Positions 9,009 through 19,459 of a DNA stretch of 45,420 nt are shown here, piece after piece; within the stretch, counting starts at the first letter, position 1, and every line of letters starts with the position of its first letter. A model generated the notes under the pieces. The model saw only the letters and a program-made list of their open reading frames with translations, had not been told where the DNA came from and did not search any database. Source of the DNA: an uncultured Mycoplasmatota bacterium (lineage in GTDB: Bacteria > Bacillota_I > Bacilli_A > RF39 > UBA660); the NCBI GenBank assembly GCA_947296775.1, contig CAMYRF010000001.1, positions 1 through 45,420 of the forward strand. Direction: 5' to 3'. The position numbers were made by a program, and so were the translations under genes.

Positions 9009-12000
9009 TTAAATTAGCAACGGACTTTTACCCGTCTGCCTTACTATTCCATTGTGTTGCTCGAATACCGATTTACCTACTTGTTTTCCGTCAAGCATTA
9101 CCGTAGTATGAATCTCGTACTTACCGCCACTGCTCATACCAGCCATAGCACTGCGCATAGCATTATATACTCCACCGCTTACCGCACTTACGATTTGGTC
9201 ATTATTAGCTACTGCGGTTTTTTTACCGATACGTCCTACTAACTCGGGTCCAGCTTCACGAGCTACGAACATTTCTCCCATGTCAGGGAATCCACCATTG
9301 GCACGTAAAGTGATTTCATATTCCTTTCCGTTTACATTTAAAGTATTTTTGTTCGCTTTTAAGTTAATGGTTACTTCTGGTTTAATTGTCTCAATTTTTT
9401 CTTTTATTGAATCTAATGTTATTTTACTTGGAGCTTTTACATCTACATTCACTTCTGGTTTACTATCTTCTGCAAGTTTTTCTATTTCTTCCATTATTTT
9501 CTTTGTTTCTTTTGTAGGTTTATCACCGTTTTCTTTTAGCTTGTTTGCTAGGTTTTCTATTAAACCTAGCCCTTGTGTATTTCCAGATTCTAACCACTTT
9601 TTAGTAATTTCTTCTAAAGTTTCTTTATCAGCTTTTTTTAACTTACTGTTAGAAATAATTTTTGTAGATTCTAATTTTTTGTAATCATTTTCTATTTTCC
9701 TTAGCTTATCTTCATTAGCTTTTTCCAAGTTACTTAATTGTTCTTTTAAATAATTTTTATCCGTCTCTGTTAATTTTGCTCCATTTTCTTCTACAGCACT
9801 TAACATTTCTTCATATGATTTATTAGTAGCAAAAGACTTCTCTGCCAAATCATTAAGAAGCTGGATTCTTGCTTCCTTGCTTGCTTGTTGTTCAGTTTCA
9901 CTTAACAGTTTCCATCTACTTCCGTTTTCATCACAAATTAAACTTAAATCGTTTAACCCGTTAGCAAGAGAAGTGAATGTATAATATCCATCGCCAGCCA
10001 TTTTACCATACTGTTCACAGATACTAGCAGTAACACTTGCTACCGTCCCATCCATAGCTCTTACTGCGGAAGTGTAATTATTTTGCGCTTCGGCATTATT
10101 AGTAAATGCTACTTCAGCTTCCTCTAAAGCTACTTCTGTATTTTCGAACACAGTTATTAAATCGCCATGTTGTCTCTTCACTCTATCTAAAGCTCCCCAA
10201 TAATTACCTGTTTTATTGTTAATTTCTTCGACGGATGCTCCATATTCCATCAATTTAGAAACTAATTCTTCATGTGCAATACTATAATCTTGCTGAGCAT
10301 TAGTTAATTGTTCACGTACTTTCTTTTCTTCTTTTATTGCATTTACATATTCTTCTTCATATGCTTGTACAAGCGCTTTCCTTTTCAAAATTTCTATACT
10401 TTGATTCATTACATCGATTTCTTCTTTGTAATTTTCTATAACACCATCTGTTATTTTTATATTTGTGCCTAATGCTTCATTAACTTTATCAGCATAGTAC
10501 TTAGCTTGTTCCATACTTCCGTTTACACGTCCGTTTTCATCCACTAATTTAGTTAATTCGTTTTTATATAACATTACAGTTTCATATTGCGTGTTTACTT
10601 TTTCGGCATTTTCTGCACCAATTTCGTTTAATTTCTTTTGTTCACTGGATAATTTTTTACACTCTTCTGCCAGCTCTTGCGATTTCTTAATCTGCTTTTC
10701 TTGTGCATCTGTTAATTTATTACTGTCACCCATTAATGCTACACAAGCTATACTTACTGCACCAAGAGCACCTACTACTGCTACCAAAGGGTTAGATGCT
10801 AAGAAACTCATTACACTTCCTAAAATTCCACTAGATGCAACTGCACCATCTGTTGCGACAGATAAAGCGCCCATTTTAACACCAACATTTTGAATTACAC
10901 TTCCCAAAGGAGCACATGCAGTATTTAATTTACCTACAAAATTAATCATGGAGCTTAGTGGTCCATTATTTGCTAACACAGCTTCTTTTATTGCCATGAA
11001 CGTCATTTGCGCACCACAATTTTTAAACAATGTAATTGTGTTTAATAATGTTTTAAACACAGTACTTGTACTTGAAATTTCCTTCACTTTCCAAGCACCG
11101 ATAAAAGCAACTACTAGCGGAGTCACCCCTGACACAAGTGGTTTCAATGCCTTAAATGTTATGCCTAACACCTCTATTACTGTAGCAACTGCATCAATAC
11201 CTTTCAAAATTGCACCACCACATAATTTTAATAATTCAGTAGCTAATTTCTGACACACAGAAATACCAGGTTTTATAGCATCTAATATTTTTGCTAATCC
11301 TTTCATAGCTTTGGATAAACTATTAATAATACTTGGTACTGCTTTTTCAATAGCCCATTTAGATAATGGTTCTAATACATTTTTATAAGCATCATATAAA
11401 TAATTACTTACTACAACCGCTATATCTTCAAACGCTTCACTTAATCCTCTTACACTCTTTAATGCTGGTGTAAAATCTAATTCCTTAGTAAACTTTTCAA
11501 TGTCTTCAGTTATAACTTCAACACATTCTAATAATGTATTAAAACTGTTCCATAAATTCTGTACTATCTGTGTACCATAGTTACAGTTATCCCATGCTTT
11601 CCTGAAATTTTGAGCTATATTCCCTATACTATTGTTTAAATTCGTAACTATTTTCAGTATACGGCTTATTGTTTCTTCACCAGTTCCATTCTGCCATACA
11701 GTACCAAAACTATTTCCAATACTACCTATTAATTTTCCTATCTCATCCCATTGATATTCGATAGAATCAAGAACACCTTTACCATATTTGTTCCAGCTTT
11801 CTGTAACTGGTTTAAATATTTCAGCCATTTTTTTAGATAATCGGTCCATCATTTCGGTAGTTTGGTTTTCAAGTCCTTTTAGAAAATCATACTGTGGTAG
11901 TTCTATATCACCTATAGAACCTCCTCCACCATTACCATTACTATTACCACCTGAATCACCATCATCAGGTTTACTTATTATGTTAAGTTCATCGAATCCC

Positions 12001-13520
12001 ATTAACTGTTTTTTTAATTTTTTAATTTTATCCGATGTTCCACCCACTGCATCACTTGCATTATCCGCAGAATCTTCTATATCATCTAAAGCCCCTCCAT
12101 TTATACCACTGTAGTCAATTTTAGGTAACTCGAATCCAAAGAAGTTAGCAATAGTATTAGCTAAAGAAGTTAGCCACTGTACTGCTATCTGTACATATGG
12201 AATTAACTTGCTTATAAATACACTTGCAATATTACCTACTGCACGTTTTAGCATCGTAAACTGTTGCGTTAAAATACGAACTGCATTCGCTGGTGTAGCA
12301 ATTGTACGTGCCATATCATTAAATACATCTACTTTAGATGCATTATCCATAATAGTTATGTAACGCATAATAGCTTGTGTGTTTTGGTCCCAGTCAGATA
12401 CTGCACCATCAAGCCCATATCTAAGCCCAGTTTGTTTAACCATAGCTACAGATACATTGTTACCATAATCTTTAAGACCTTTGATTTGTCCACTCATCGC
12501 TGAATTAATTTTATCGAATGATTCACTAGGATCAACATTCATCAACGATGAATAATCATAAGCTAACTGTGTTAAATTCTGTGACATGATCTGTGCTTTA
12601 TCACTTGCTACACCAAATCCAGTAATAAGGTTATTTAACCTACCTTGAAAACTCATCCATTCACTGGTATCAATCCCCATAGCTTCTTGAACCTTGTTTG
12701 CAAAGTCTAAAGCGCTTTGAGTGGTTTCACCCATTGCAACATTGAATAGGTTTAAGTTTTCTACATATTGTGATGATTCTTCAAATACACTTGTTACAGC
12801 ACTAGTTAGACCTTGTACAACAAATGTAACAGTTTTAAAACTCGCTACCGATTTACCTAATCGGCTCATTAAGCTACCGCTTGTTTTGCTTGCTTTAGAA
12901 GCACTTCTTGAATAGCTTTCCATTTGTGTAGTTGCTTTTTTTATGTGCCATGGTAAATTACTAAATGCTTTCCCTAACTTAATAGATACTCCATTAAGCG
13001 GTTTTATTGCACTCGCCAACTGTTTCATTTGTGAAGTGAATTTATTGAAGTCGACATCGTTTAAAGCTCTCTGCATTTCAGGTAATTTCTTTAATTGATT
13101 AAAGAAACTTCCTAGATTTGTTTTTCCTAATTCTTGCAGTGGTTGCATTGCACTAGTCAGTTGTTTTATATCATTAGTAAATTTATTGAAATCAACATTA
13201 CCAACACTTTCAGAAATCATTTTCATATCAGAAAGTTGTTTTAACAAACCAGTAGCACCAGTTTTAAATCCATTCAATTCCTTAAAACCAGAAGCCATAC
13301 GCTTAACTTTGTCACCGATGCTACCAAGTTGTGCTAAATTGTTGCCACCTGATACATCAGCTAGATTTTTTAATGCAGTAGAAAAACTTCTTAAACTGCC
13401 AGCTCCATTAAGATTATTTTTTAAATTTCCTAATGAGCCAGCTAATTTGTCTATCTCTTTACTTGCATTACTGGAATTACTTTCTATTTCAATACTTAGT
13501 TTGTCTATTTCTATTGACAT
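9009..13520 (-). CDS. Tape measure protein
   Basis: 1503 aa, coiled-coil and TM-rich with internal duplications (NVDFNKFT...QL.SA..PL). Lies after the chaperone pair. Confidence 0.9.
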   Translation of the reverse strand: MSIEIDKLSIEIESNSSNASKEIDKLAGSLGNLKNNLNGAGSLRSFSTALKNLADVSGGNNLAQLGSIGDKVKRMASGFKELNGFKTGATGLLKQLSDMKMISESVGNVDFNKFTNDIKQLTSAMQPLQELGKTNLGSFFNQLKKLPEMQRALNDVDFNKFTSQMKQLASAIKPLNGVSIKLGKAFSNLPWHIKKATTQMESYSRSASKASKTSGSLMSRLGKSVASFKTVTFVVQGLTSAVTSVFEESSQYVENLNLFNVAMGETTQSALDFANKVQEAMGIDTSEWMSFQGRLNNLITGFGVASDKAQIMSQNLTQLAYDYSSLMNVDPSESFDKINSAMSGQIKGLKDYGNNVSVAMVKQTGLRYGLDGAVSDWDQNTQAIMRYITIMDNASKVDVFNDMARTIATPANAVRILTQQFTMLKRAVGNIASVFISKLIPYVQIAVQWLTSLANTIANFFGFELPKIDYSGINGGALDDIEDSADNASDAVGGTSDKIKKLKKQLMGFDELNIISKPDDGDSGGNSNGNGGGGSIGDIELPQYDFLKGLENQTTEMMDRLSKKMAEIFKPVTESWNKYGKGVLDSIEYQWDEIGKLIGSIGNSFGTVWQNGTGEETISRILKIVTNLNNSIGNIAQNFRKAWDNCNYGTQIVQNLWNSFNTLLECVEVITEDIEKFTKELDFTPALKSVRGLSEAFEDIAVVVSNYLYDAYKNVLEPLSKWAIEKAVPSIINSLSKAMKGLAKILDAIKPGISVCQKLATELLKLCGGAILKGIDAVATVIEVLGITFKALKPLVSGVTPLVVAFIGAWKVKEISSTSTVFKTLLNTITLFKNCGAQMTFMAIKEAVLANNGPLSSMINFVGKLNTACAPLGSVIQNVGVKMGALSVATDGAVASSGILGSVMSFLASNPLVAVVGALGAVSIACVALMGDSNKLTDAQEKQIKKSQELAEECKKLSSEQKKLNEIGAENAEKVNTQYETVMLYKNELTKLVDENGRVNGSMEQAKYYADKVNEALGTNIKITDGVIENYKEEIDVMNQSIEILKRKALVQAYEEEYVNAIKEEKKVREQLTNAQQDYSIAHEELVSKLMEYGASVEEINNKTGNYWGALDRVKRQHGDLITVFENTEVALEEAEVAFTNNAEAQNNYTSAVRAMDGTVASVTASICEQYGKMAGDGYYTFTSLANGLNDLSLICDENGSRWKLLSETEQQASKEARIQLLNDLAEKSFATNKSYEEMLSAVEENGAKLTETDKNYLKEQLSNLEKANEDKLRKIENDYKKLESTKIISNSKLKKADKETLEEITKKWLESGNTQGLGLIENLANKLKENGDKPTKETKKIMEEIEKLAEDSKPEVNVDVKAPSKITLDSIKEKIETIKPEVTINLKANKNTLNVNGKEYEITLRANGGFPDMGEMFVAREAGPELVGRIGKKTAVANNDQIVSAVSGGVYNAMRSAMAGMSSGGKYEIHTTVMLDGKQVGKSVFEQHNGIVRQTGKSPLLI

Positions 13521-13568
13521 TTTAGATAACCTCCTTTCCTTAATATTTAAGGCTCTCGGTTCGGCTCA

Positions 13569-14257
13569 TTATTTAAATTTATTTACGAAGTTCTTTAACC
13601 ATACCTCAGCTTTTGCTGATTCTTCTATCTCACATTCTTCCTGAGATTTTACAACATCGAACTGGTATGGTTTTTCAGCATACTTTTGAGGTTGTGATTT
13701 ACCTCTACACCATACGTTATATACAACTGTACTAACTGCATCATATATATACATCCCCTGAATCCACATATCAGTATTCTTGCGTTCATTGCGTAACTTA
13801 TCTGCTTTGCGATAATATTTAGCAAGCGCTGGATCATCATCCCAGAACTGCTCATATGTCATTCCTATACTTAAATAAAATGGAAAAACTTCGTAAAATG
13901 TTTCTGTAAATGCTTTTGAGGACGGTTTTTCTAAAATGTCGCCGTCCAGCTGATTGCGTTTTTTTCTGTTTTTTCCTCAAATAAACTATTTAATGTTTCC
14001 ATTGCCATTTCACTTAATTTGTTATACATTTCATTTTTATTAGTAAATAAATCAAACATTTCTTCTACTAAATCTTTTGAAATTCTTTTATGATTAGCAA
14101 AGAAAGCATACTGAAATAATTTAGGTAAAATAGTTACTGGTTTTTTATCCATTTCAGATAATACAATACCATCTGCTTCCATTTTTTCTAATGTTTTTCT
14201 TGTGTATTCTAATGTGTAATCTACATCATTATAAGTAAAGTTAATTGTTTTTTTCAT
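13569..14257 (-). CDS. Tail assembly chaperone G-T fusion produced by a -1 programmed frameshift
   Basis: After A AAA AAC, the -1 frame reads RNQLDGDILEKPSSKAFTETFYEVFPFYLSIG without a stop and joins ORF 13569-13862 (MTYEQ...) in frame. Confidence 0.7.
13931..14257 (-). CDS. Tail assembly chaperone (gpG-like, zero-frame product)
   Basis: 108 aa between the major tail and tape measure genes. Contains the slippery site near its 3' end. Confidence 0.75.
   Translation of the reverse strand: MKKTINFTYNDVDYTLEYTRKTLEKMEADGIVLSEMDKKPVTILPKLFQYAFFANHKRISKDLVEEMFDLFTNKNEMYNKLSEMAMETLNSLFEEKTEKNAISWTATF
13958..13964 (-). promoter_or_regulatory. -1 ribosomal frameshift slippery heptamer A AAA AAC
   Basis: Minus strand reads gaA AAA AAC gca in the zero frame of the chaperone ORF. 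Confidence 0.7.
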
Positions 14258-14288
14258 GTTATTTTCCTCCTAATAAACTACACAAGGA

Positions 14289-14765
14289 TTAACCTTGTGC
14301 AGTAGTTGATTTTGTTTGCCATGTTGGCGCATTTGTTGGTGTAATATATAAGTTTGTTTCCAATACACTGTTTACCGACATTGCTGGTAAACCCATAGCA
14401 CTAGGCTGACCCGTAAAGAAAACTGACTTTTCTAATTTTGGATGTTCAATTTCAAACCAAACTGATTTATCCGATTCTGTTGCAGTTTTATAAGCACTTA
14501 CTAAAGTAGTCCATGCTTCTTCTAATTCGGTAGTAAAGTTCGCTAAAAAAGATAACGCACCTCCTAAGTCTTTTAAACCTTCAACATATGTTTTATACTC
14601 AGTTTCTGATAATGTAGTTGTTTCTAATGTTTCAGGTTCTGGGTTCATTTCAGGGACTTCTTTAATATCAGGTAAAACTTTATATCCACTTGTTGGTCTT
14701 GTCCCAGCAGTAGCTTCTACTGCATATTTAATTTTTACACCAGCTGTACTTAATGCAATTCCCAT
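14289..14765 (-). CDS. Major tail (tube) protein
   Basis: 158 aa, placed before the chaperones. Sequence starts MGIALSTAGVKIKYAVE... Confidence 0.7.
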   Translation of the reverse strand: MGIALSTAGVKIKYAVEATAGTRPTSGYKVLPDIKEVPEMNPEPETLETTTLSETEYKTYVEGLKDLGGALSFLANFTTELEEAWTTLVSAYKTATESDKSVWFEIEHPKLEKSVFFTGQPSAMGLPAMSVNSVLETNLYITPTNAPTWQTKSTTAQG

Positions 14766-14768
14766 ATT

Positions 14769-15158
14769 TTATATTCCTCCTATTGAGTTTGAATTTTTAA
14801 ACCTTGCGATTCTTCTATATATAGTACTGTCTGTACTTTTTACGCTTTGATTAAATGTTCTTAGATAACCAACATCAACAAATACATCATTTACAATACT
14901 GATTATCTTTTTACATTCTTCTTTTTCATAATTACTCACAACTTCAACCTTATAACTCTCGATTGATACATTTTCAGAATTTTCCAATGTGCAATATTGA
15001 GTGTTTATAAGGTTATCAGCCTGAGTAATGCTAACTGCTGGAAATTTAGAAGGTGTGTTTGATAATTCCTCTCCAATTATATAAATATTATCAACGCCAT
15101 ATTCTTCACGCAGTTTTGAAGCGACTACTTTAAATATATAATCTTCATGATCTATCAT
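14769..15158 (-). CDS. Tail terminator / tail completion protein
   Basis: Called from position between the HK97 gp10-like gene and the tube protein. Confidence 0.45.
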   Translation of the reverse strand: MIDHEDYIFKVVASKLREEYGVDNIYIIGEELSNTPSKFPAVSITQADNLINTQYCTLENSENVSIESYKVEVVSNYEKEECKKIISIVNDVFVDVGYLRTFNQSVKSTDSTIYRRIARFKNSNSIGGI

Positions 15159-15658
15159 TTAAACACCTCCCTGATAATCTTTTCCAGCTTGTTATAACGA
15201 AGTTCAATTGCAGTTTCATACATGAACGGACGTGAAGGCATACCGCTTGTAAAACGATAACCTCCGCTTCCATCAGGATAAAACCATCCAGTTACGCTAA
15301 CCCCATTTATAATATATTCTTTGATGTTATCACCAGTGTTATAATTCCATCCCATGCTATCACCTATGTATGGACTTGCCTCACCTTTAGGACCAGTACC
15401 AAATTCAACGAACATGGCACAATCTCCTACTTCTAACATCGCATAACAATTACCTGATTTCTTGGTTACAGAACTAAGCATATCGCCAGTTTCTATAGCA
15501 TCGAATTTAAATATTTTATCAATAATAATTGTATAGCCTTCATCAGCTAACCGCTGTACTAATAAATCTGCTTTTTTATTTATATCTTGTTTGTACTGCT
15601 CCAATCGCTTAATAGCCCTATCAACACTTTTATCACTCAGTTTTATTTTTATTTTCAT
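15155..15658 (-). CDS. HK97 gp10-like head-tail joining protein
   Basis: N-terminus MKIKIKLSDKSVDRAIKRLEQY is typical of the family; overlapping start and stop codons. Confidence 0.55.
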   Translation of the reverse strand: MKIKIKLSDKSVDRAIKRLEQYKQDINKKADLLVQRLADEGYTIIIDKIFKFDAIETGDMLSSVTKKSGNCYAMLEVGDCAMFVEFGTGPKGEASPYIGDSMGWNYNTGDNIKEYIINGVSVTGWFYPDGSGGYRFTSGMPSRPFMYETAIELRYNKLEKIIREVFK

Positions 15659-15995
15659 TAATATTTACTTTCTCGATAGCATACTTGATACAACTGTAGC
15701 TTGGAGCAACCGCTTTTACTTTATAATTGTATGGCTTGGTTTTTGGTATCCCAATCCATAAACGTGTAAATTCATCTATAGTACAAGACGTGTTGTGGGT
15801 TGTCATCGTCCTATCATACTTTAGATCATTTCCAAATATATCTTCATTTGCTTCACCTTTGTTTGAACTTACACATAAACGCATTGATTTAATATCGCCA
15901 TATCCTTTTACTGGATTGCCATATTTATCAACCGTTTCACCCACCCCGTAATCTTGATAGAAGATAGTCTGCTGATTAATTAATAAATCTCTCAT
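15633..15995 (-). CDS. Head closure / head-tail adaptor protein
   Basis: Called from position in the connector module. Confidence 0.45.
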   Translation of the reverse strand: MRDLLINQQTIFYQDYGVGETVDKYGNPVKGYGDIKSMRLCVSSNKGEANEDIFGNDLKYDRTMTTHNTSCTIDEFTRLWIGIPKTKPYNYKVKAVAPSYSCIKYAIEKVNINENKNKTE

Positions 15996-16312
15996 AATAT
16001 TTCACACTTAGGAATGATTCTATTAATAAGAGTTTTAGAAATATCAGCAGTATCATATGTACGTGAAATGCCGTTTTCATTTCTTTGCACTTCACCCTCA
16101 CTGCCTCGGCGATTGTACATTTCAACGCACATTTGAACCTGAATTTCTTTATATCTATCTTCTATAAATGTTTCTCCTAAATCATTTAATGGGTATTCTC
16201 CAAAAGGATATCTTTCGTTCAGAATGACACCTTTACTTAGTTCTAAAAGTACACTTATATCATCATCAGTTATTTCAGGTACTAATAATTTCAGCATTTC
16301 TCCTTGTGTCAT
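15992..16312 (-). CDS. Head-tail connector (gp6-like)
   Basis: Lies directly after the capsid gene; 106 aa. Confidence 0.5.
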   Translation of the reverse strand: MTQGEMLKLLVPEITDDDISVLLELSKGVILNERYPFGEYPLNDLGETFIEDRYKEIQVQMCVEMYNRRGSEGEVQRNENGISRTYDTADISKTLINRIIPKCEIL

Positions 16313-16325
16313 CCTAAATTACCTC

Positions 16326-17138
16326 CTATCCAGCAGTTGTTTTTTTAACTAATTTAACCGCTTGTGTTGTATCAGTAAAAGCAAATATTCCATACTTACG
16401 ATGATACATTGTATTTAAACGTTTATTTGCATCTGTACGTTCGTTTTCAATTTCTACACCTTTTTTATTGTAGTAAGTTACTGCTTTTTTTGTTGCTAAA
16501 ATTACACTTCCTTTTGTTGCAATGTTTGAAGTGTATAAATTAACTCCATTTACAGTTCCAATATATCCATGACGAACAAAATCAGTAATATATTTCAAAT
16601 CATCTTTTAAATTTTTACGAATTTCAGCCTTATCATCTTTATGAACAAAACCAAATATTTTTAAACTTTCATCCTCGTTATCAGGAAACAAAGCTACACC
16701 ATCAACGAAAGCATTAAAATCAAATTTATCTACTTCAGCTGTTAATTCAGCTCTAGCAAATTCAGCCATAGCTTTTTTATTTGAGGTGTTGTAAATATCT
16801 ACAACTGCATGTCCTTGTCCTTTAGCAATAATATTAGGATCACGCATTAATTCTTCATCGTACCATGGGAATCTGTTTTGTAATAATTCAATTACATATT
16901 CTTTTTCAGTACGATTAACTTCAATGTTTTTAGTGTTCCCTTCACCCATCTGCAATACTTCTGTACCATTTGTTGCAGTATATACTCCAATTTTTACTTT
17001 GTCTCCTACAGTTCCAGTTAAACTGTTATCAACTGTACAGAACTGCATTAAATCTAATTTGCTTTCGTACTGGTCCTCAAAATTTGTTTGTAATACGAAA
17101 TTATCATAACCAACATGTGTGTGATTTAATTCTGGCAT
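16326..17138 (-). CDS. Major capsid protein
   Basis: 270 aa, directly after the scaffold gene. Confidence 0.7.
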   Translation of the reverse strand: MPELNHTHVGYDNFVLQTNFEDQYESKLDLMQFCTVDNSLTGTVGDKVKIGVYTATNGTEVLQMGEGNTKNIEVNRTEKEYVIELLQNRFPWYDEELMRDPNIIAKGQGHAVVDIYNTSNKKAMAEFARAELTAEVDKFDFNAFVDGVALFPDNEDESLKIFGFVHKDDKAEIRKNLKDDLKYITDFVRHGYIGTVNGVNLYTSNIATKGSVILATKKAVTYYNKKGVEIENERTDANKRLNTMYHRKYGIFAFTDTTQAVKLVKKTTAG

Positions 17139-17143
17139 TTTTA

Positions 17144-17722
17144 TTACTCTCCTTTTACTATTTGTTTGAATGTTTCAGGGTCGTTTTTATATAATTCTTG
17201 TCTTTCTTGCAGTGACATTTTCTTTATCGACTCTCTTGTAATACCTTCATTTCCACTTCCACCCTCAGGTGTCTTAGTGTTTTTTAATAATTCATCTGTT
17301 GTATTCTTTTTTACTGATTCGGCAAATTTACTTTGATTAGCAATAACCTTTGAAAAATCGCCATCTGCCATAGCTTCCGCAGTTTCCTGAGCTAATTTTG
17401 CATCATACCCAAGTTCAACTAACTCTGCTTTTCTTTCAGCAATAGTTGTTTTTCTTAGCAGTGCATCATAGTTATTCTGTAATTCTTCATTCGCTTCATT
17501 TTGAGCAATCTCTAACTGCTCTTTTTCACTTAGCGTAGAATTATATTTCTTCTTCCAGGAACTCGCTTCTTTGCTTGCTTCATCTTTTAGCTTTTTTATT
17601 TTGTCGTATTCTTCTTTATCGACAACTGAATCAGGTTCAGGTAAATCAGCTAATGCTTGCTGGATTTCTTCAAATGTCATACCTTCTTTGTACTTTTTGC
17701 CTAAATATTTCTTTAAATCCAT
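17144..17722 (-). CDS. Scaffolding protein (DUF4355-like)
   Basis: Highly charged coiled-coil protein between the portal and capsid genes. Confidence 0.7.
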   Translation of the reverse strand: MDLKKYLGKKYKEGMTFEEIQQALADLPEPDSVVDKEEYDKIKKLKDEASKEASSWKKKYNSTLSEKEQLEIAQNEANEELQNNYDALLRKTTIAERKAELVELGYDAKLAQETAEAMADGDFSKVIANQSKFAESVKKNTTDELLKNTKTPEGGSGNEGITRESIKKMSLQERQELYKNDPETFKQIVKGE

Positions 17723-17724
17723 AA

Positions 17725-19194
17725 TTATTCTCCTTGCTCTTTTAAGTTTTTCTCTAACTCTTGCTCGTTATCGACCTTCTCCGTCGTTTGCTCCTTAACG
17801 TTCTTCTCCAACTGTTCCTCACTGTCTTTATAAACCTGTTGTGGATCAGGGAATAAATCAACAGTTTTAATTGCATGACGCATATTTATTCCAGCACTTT
17901 GTAAATTCATAAGTGCTTGTGTCTTGTTTAACAAATTACTTATTTTGTTTCTATTAAACTTAATATCTATATCAGCTAAACATAAGTTGCTAATGTTGTT
18001 ATCTTTTGAACGTTCAATAATGTTTTTTATTACCAAAAGCATCTGACGTTCACTGTCTCCAAATAATGTTTCTGCTGACTGAGCATTCTCCTCAGCTAAC
18101 TGCCAGCCTGATTCTCCCAACATTAACGCAACTCCAGTATTTCCACCTGATGACTGTCCTCTTGCTGGTGTACCAGTAATCTGCAGAACTTGCATATACA
18201 GATAATCCGCAAGTGTTTGTACTTCAGTTTGATTTAATTCAGTTTTAATGTACTGCAGTATTGGTGTGTTCCCATCACGTGATTTAGTAGCAATACCGCC
18301 TTCTTGACGCAGTTCAGCAAACTGTTCTGAATCAATTTCAATGTTGTTAAACCACAACAACGACTGAATAAACTGTGCCAACCCGTTCATTCTGTCTGAG
18401 GTGCATAAATTTATAGCTTCCAGTAAATCTAATACACGTTCAAAGCATCCCATTCTAGAAACATCGTTTTTATATTCGATTATTGGAATAGCCCCAATCC
18501 CGTTTATGAATTCTTTCAGCTCTCCTTCAGGTGTAAATATGTTTCCATATCTGCCTATTGTTTCATATACATGATTGGGAGTGTATATCGTGTAATGAGT
18601 AAGATTGTCATTATCAGTCCAGTAGCTAACACCAGCCATAGGTTCCTGAAATACATCTGCACTATAGATAACAAATGTATTCTTTGGGTCTAAATTAGTG
18701 ATTCGAAAATCACTAACACCCCTTTTAACCTTATATGGTGTAACCATTCGATAGCCTACACCGCAAATAGCAAACGTTCTAGCAAGTTCCTGATCTTTGT
18801 AATATTTCCCTTCTTCAAAAAGCATTTCATTTAGCGTATCTACAACCTCATCACCTTCTGATTCAGTATTAGATATATCTTTATTGGCACGCTGAACATA
18901 ACTTATTGGTTGTCCAAAAACATATCCAACTTTGAAATTAACAATTTCATGTGCGTGATTTTCTACAATCTTATTATTTATTTCAGGTCTTACATCCTTT
19001 ACCCGATAGAGAATGTTTTGATTGCCTTTTTCATATTCAAACAATCGCCTTATCTGCCCTCTGTTCCACTGATGTACGCTCATTGCTTTAGCCAAAACAT
19101 CATGGATATTTGCTTTGGTTATTTCATTTACATCTGTGGTGATGATTTTTCTACCGTTAAACTGATTTACTGCTAATTCTCCTATAGTGTTCAT
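17725..19194 (-). CDS. Portal protein (SPP1 Gp6-like)
   Basis: 489 aa, downstream of terL, with an acidic C-terminus. Confidence 0.8.
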   Translation of the reverse strand: MNTIGELAVNQFNGRKIITTDVNEITKANIHDVLAKAMSVHQWNRGQIRRLFEYEKGNQNILYRVKDVRPEINNKIVENHAHEIVNFKVGYVFGQPISYVQRANKDISNTESEGDEVVDTLNEMLFEEGKYYKDQELARTFAICGVGYRMVTPYKVKRGVSDFRITNLDPKNTFVIYSADVFQEPMAGVSYWTDNDNLTHYTIYTPNHVYETIGRYGNIFTPEGELKEFINGIGAIPIIEYKNDVSRMGCFERVLDLLEAINLCTSDRMNGLAQFIQSLLWFNNIEIDSEQFAELRQEGGIATKSRDGNTPILQYIKTELNQTEVQTLADYLYMQVLQITGTPARGQSSGGNTGVALMLGESGWQLAEENAQSAETLFGDSERQMLLVIKNIIERSKDNNISNLCLADIDIKFNRNKISNLLNKTQALMNLQSAGINMRHAIKTVDLFPDPQQVYKDSEEQLEKNVKEQTTEKVDNEQELEKNLKEQGE

Positions 19195-19210
19195 TTATCC
19201 ACCTCCTAAC

Positions 19211-19254
19211 AAAAAAAGCCGACTGCTACGTTTCATACACGTAACAAATCGGCT
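19211..19254 (-). terminator. Hairpin plus T7 between the small ORF and the portal gene
   Basis: Minus strand AGCCGA...TCGGCT with inner ACGT pairings, followed by TTTTTTT. Confidence 0.5.
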
Positions 19255-19406
19255 CAAGGCTCTACTTTATTTAAATTAATCTTTACTGCTTTTTTATCTT
19301 CCTTACACCATAGATATACTGTTCCTTTAGAACCTTCTTCTACAGCACCTAAAAGTTTCTTTTTACCCCTTTTAGCACATTCGGGGCAATATATATATTT
19401 TTTCAT
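19254..19406 (-). CDS. 50-aa small protein with a CPEC...WC motif (below the ORF-track cutoff)
   Basis: ATG 7 nt after AAAGGGG. Translated by hand: MKKYIYCPECAKRGKKKLLGAVEEGSKGTVYLWCKEDKKAVKINLNKVEP. Confidence 0.45.
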   Translation of the reverse strand: MKKYIYCPECAKRGKKKLLGAVEEGSKGTVYLWCKEDKKAVKINLNKVEP

Positions 19407-19459
19407 TCATATACCCCTTTTCTAATAATAGCGTACATACAGAAAACTTTGTTGTCAAG

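Noticed and set aside
9054-13644. Numerous plus-strand ORFs (62-152 aa) antisense to the tape-measure gene, and similar antisense ORFs at 2286-3022, 5809-6018, 6253-6441, 7881-8174, 8622-8933, 15727-15951, 16924-17194, 17571-17798, 18910-19176, 20217-20498, 22498-22683, 24039-24380, 24773-25012, 25668-25868, 27862-28119, 29995-30303, 30724-30948, 32778-33068, 33745-34044, 35790-36359, 37640-37846, 40227-40487
   Set aside because: They lie entirely inside longer, well-supported minus-strand genes. They lack RBSs and have low-complexity F/L/S/I-rich translations typical of antisense frames in AT-rich DNA.
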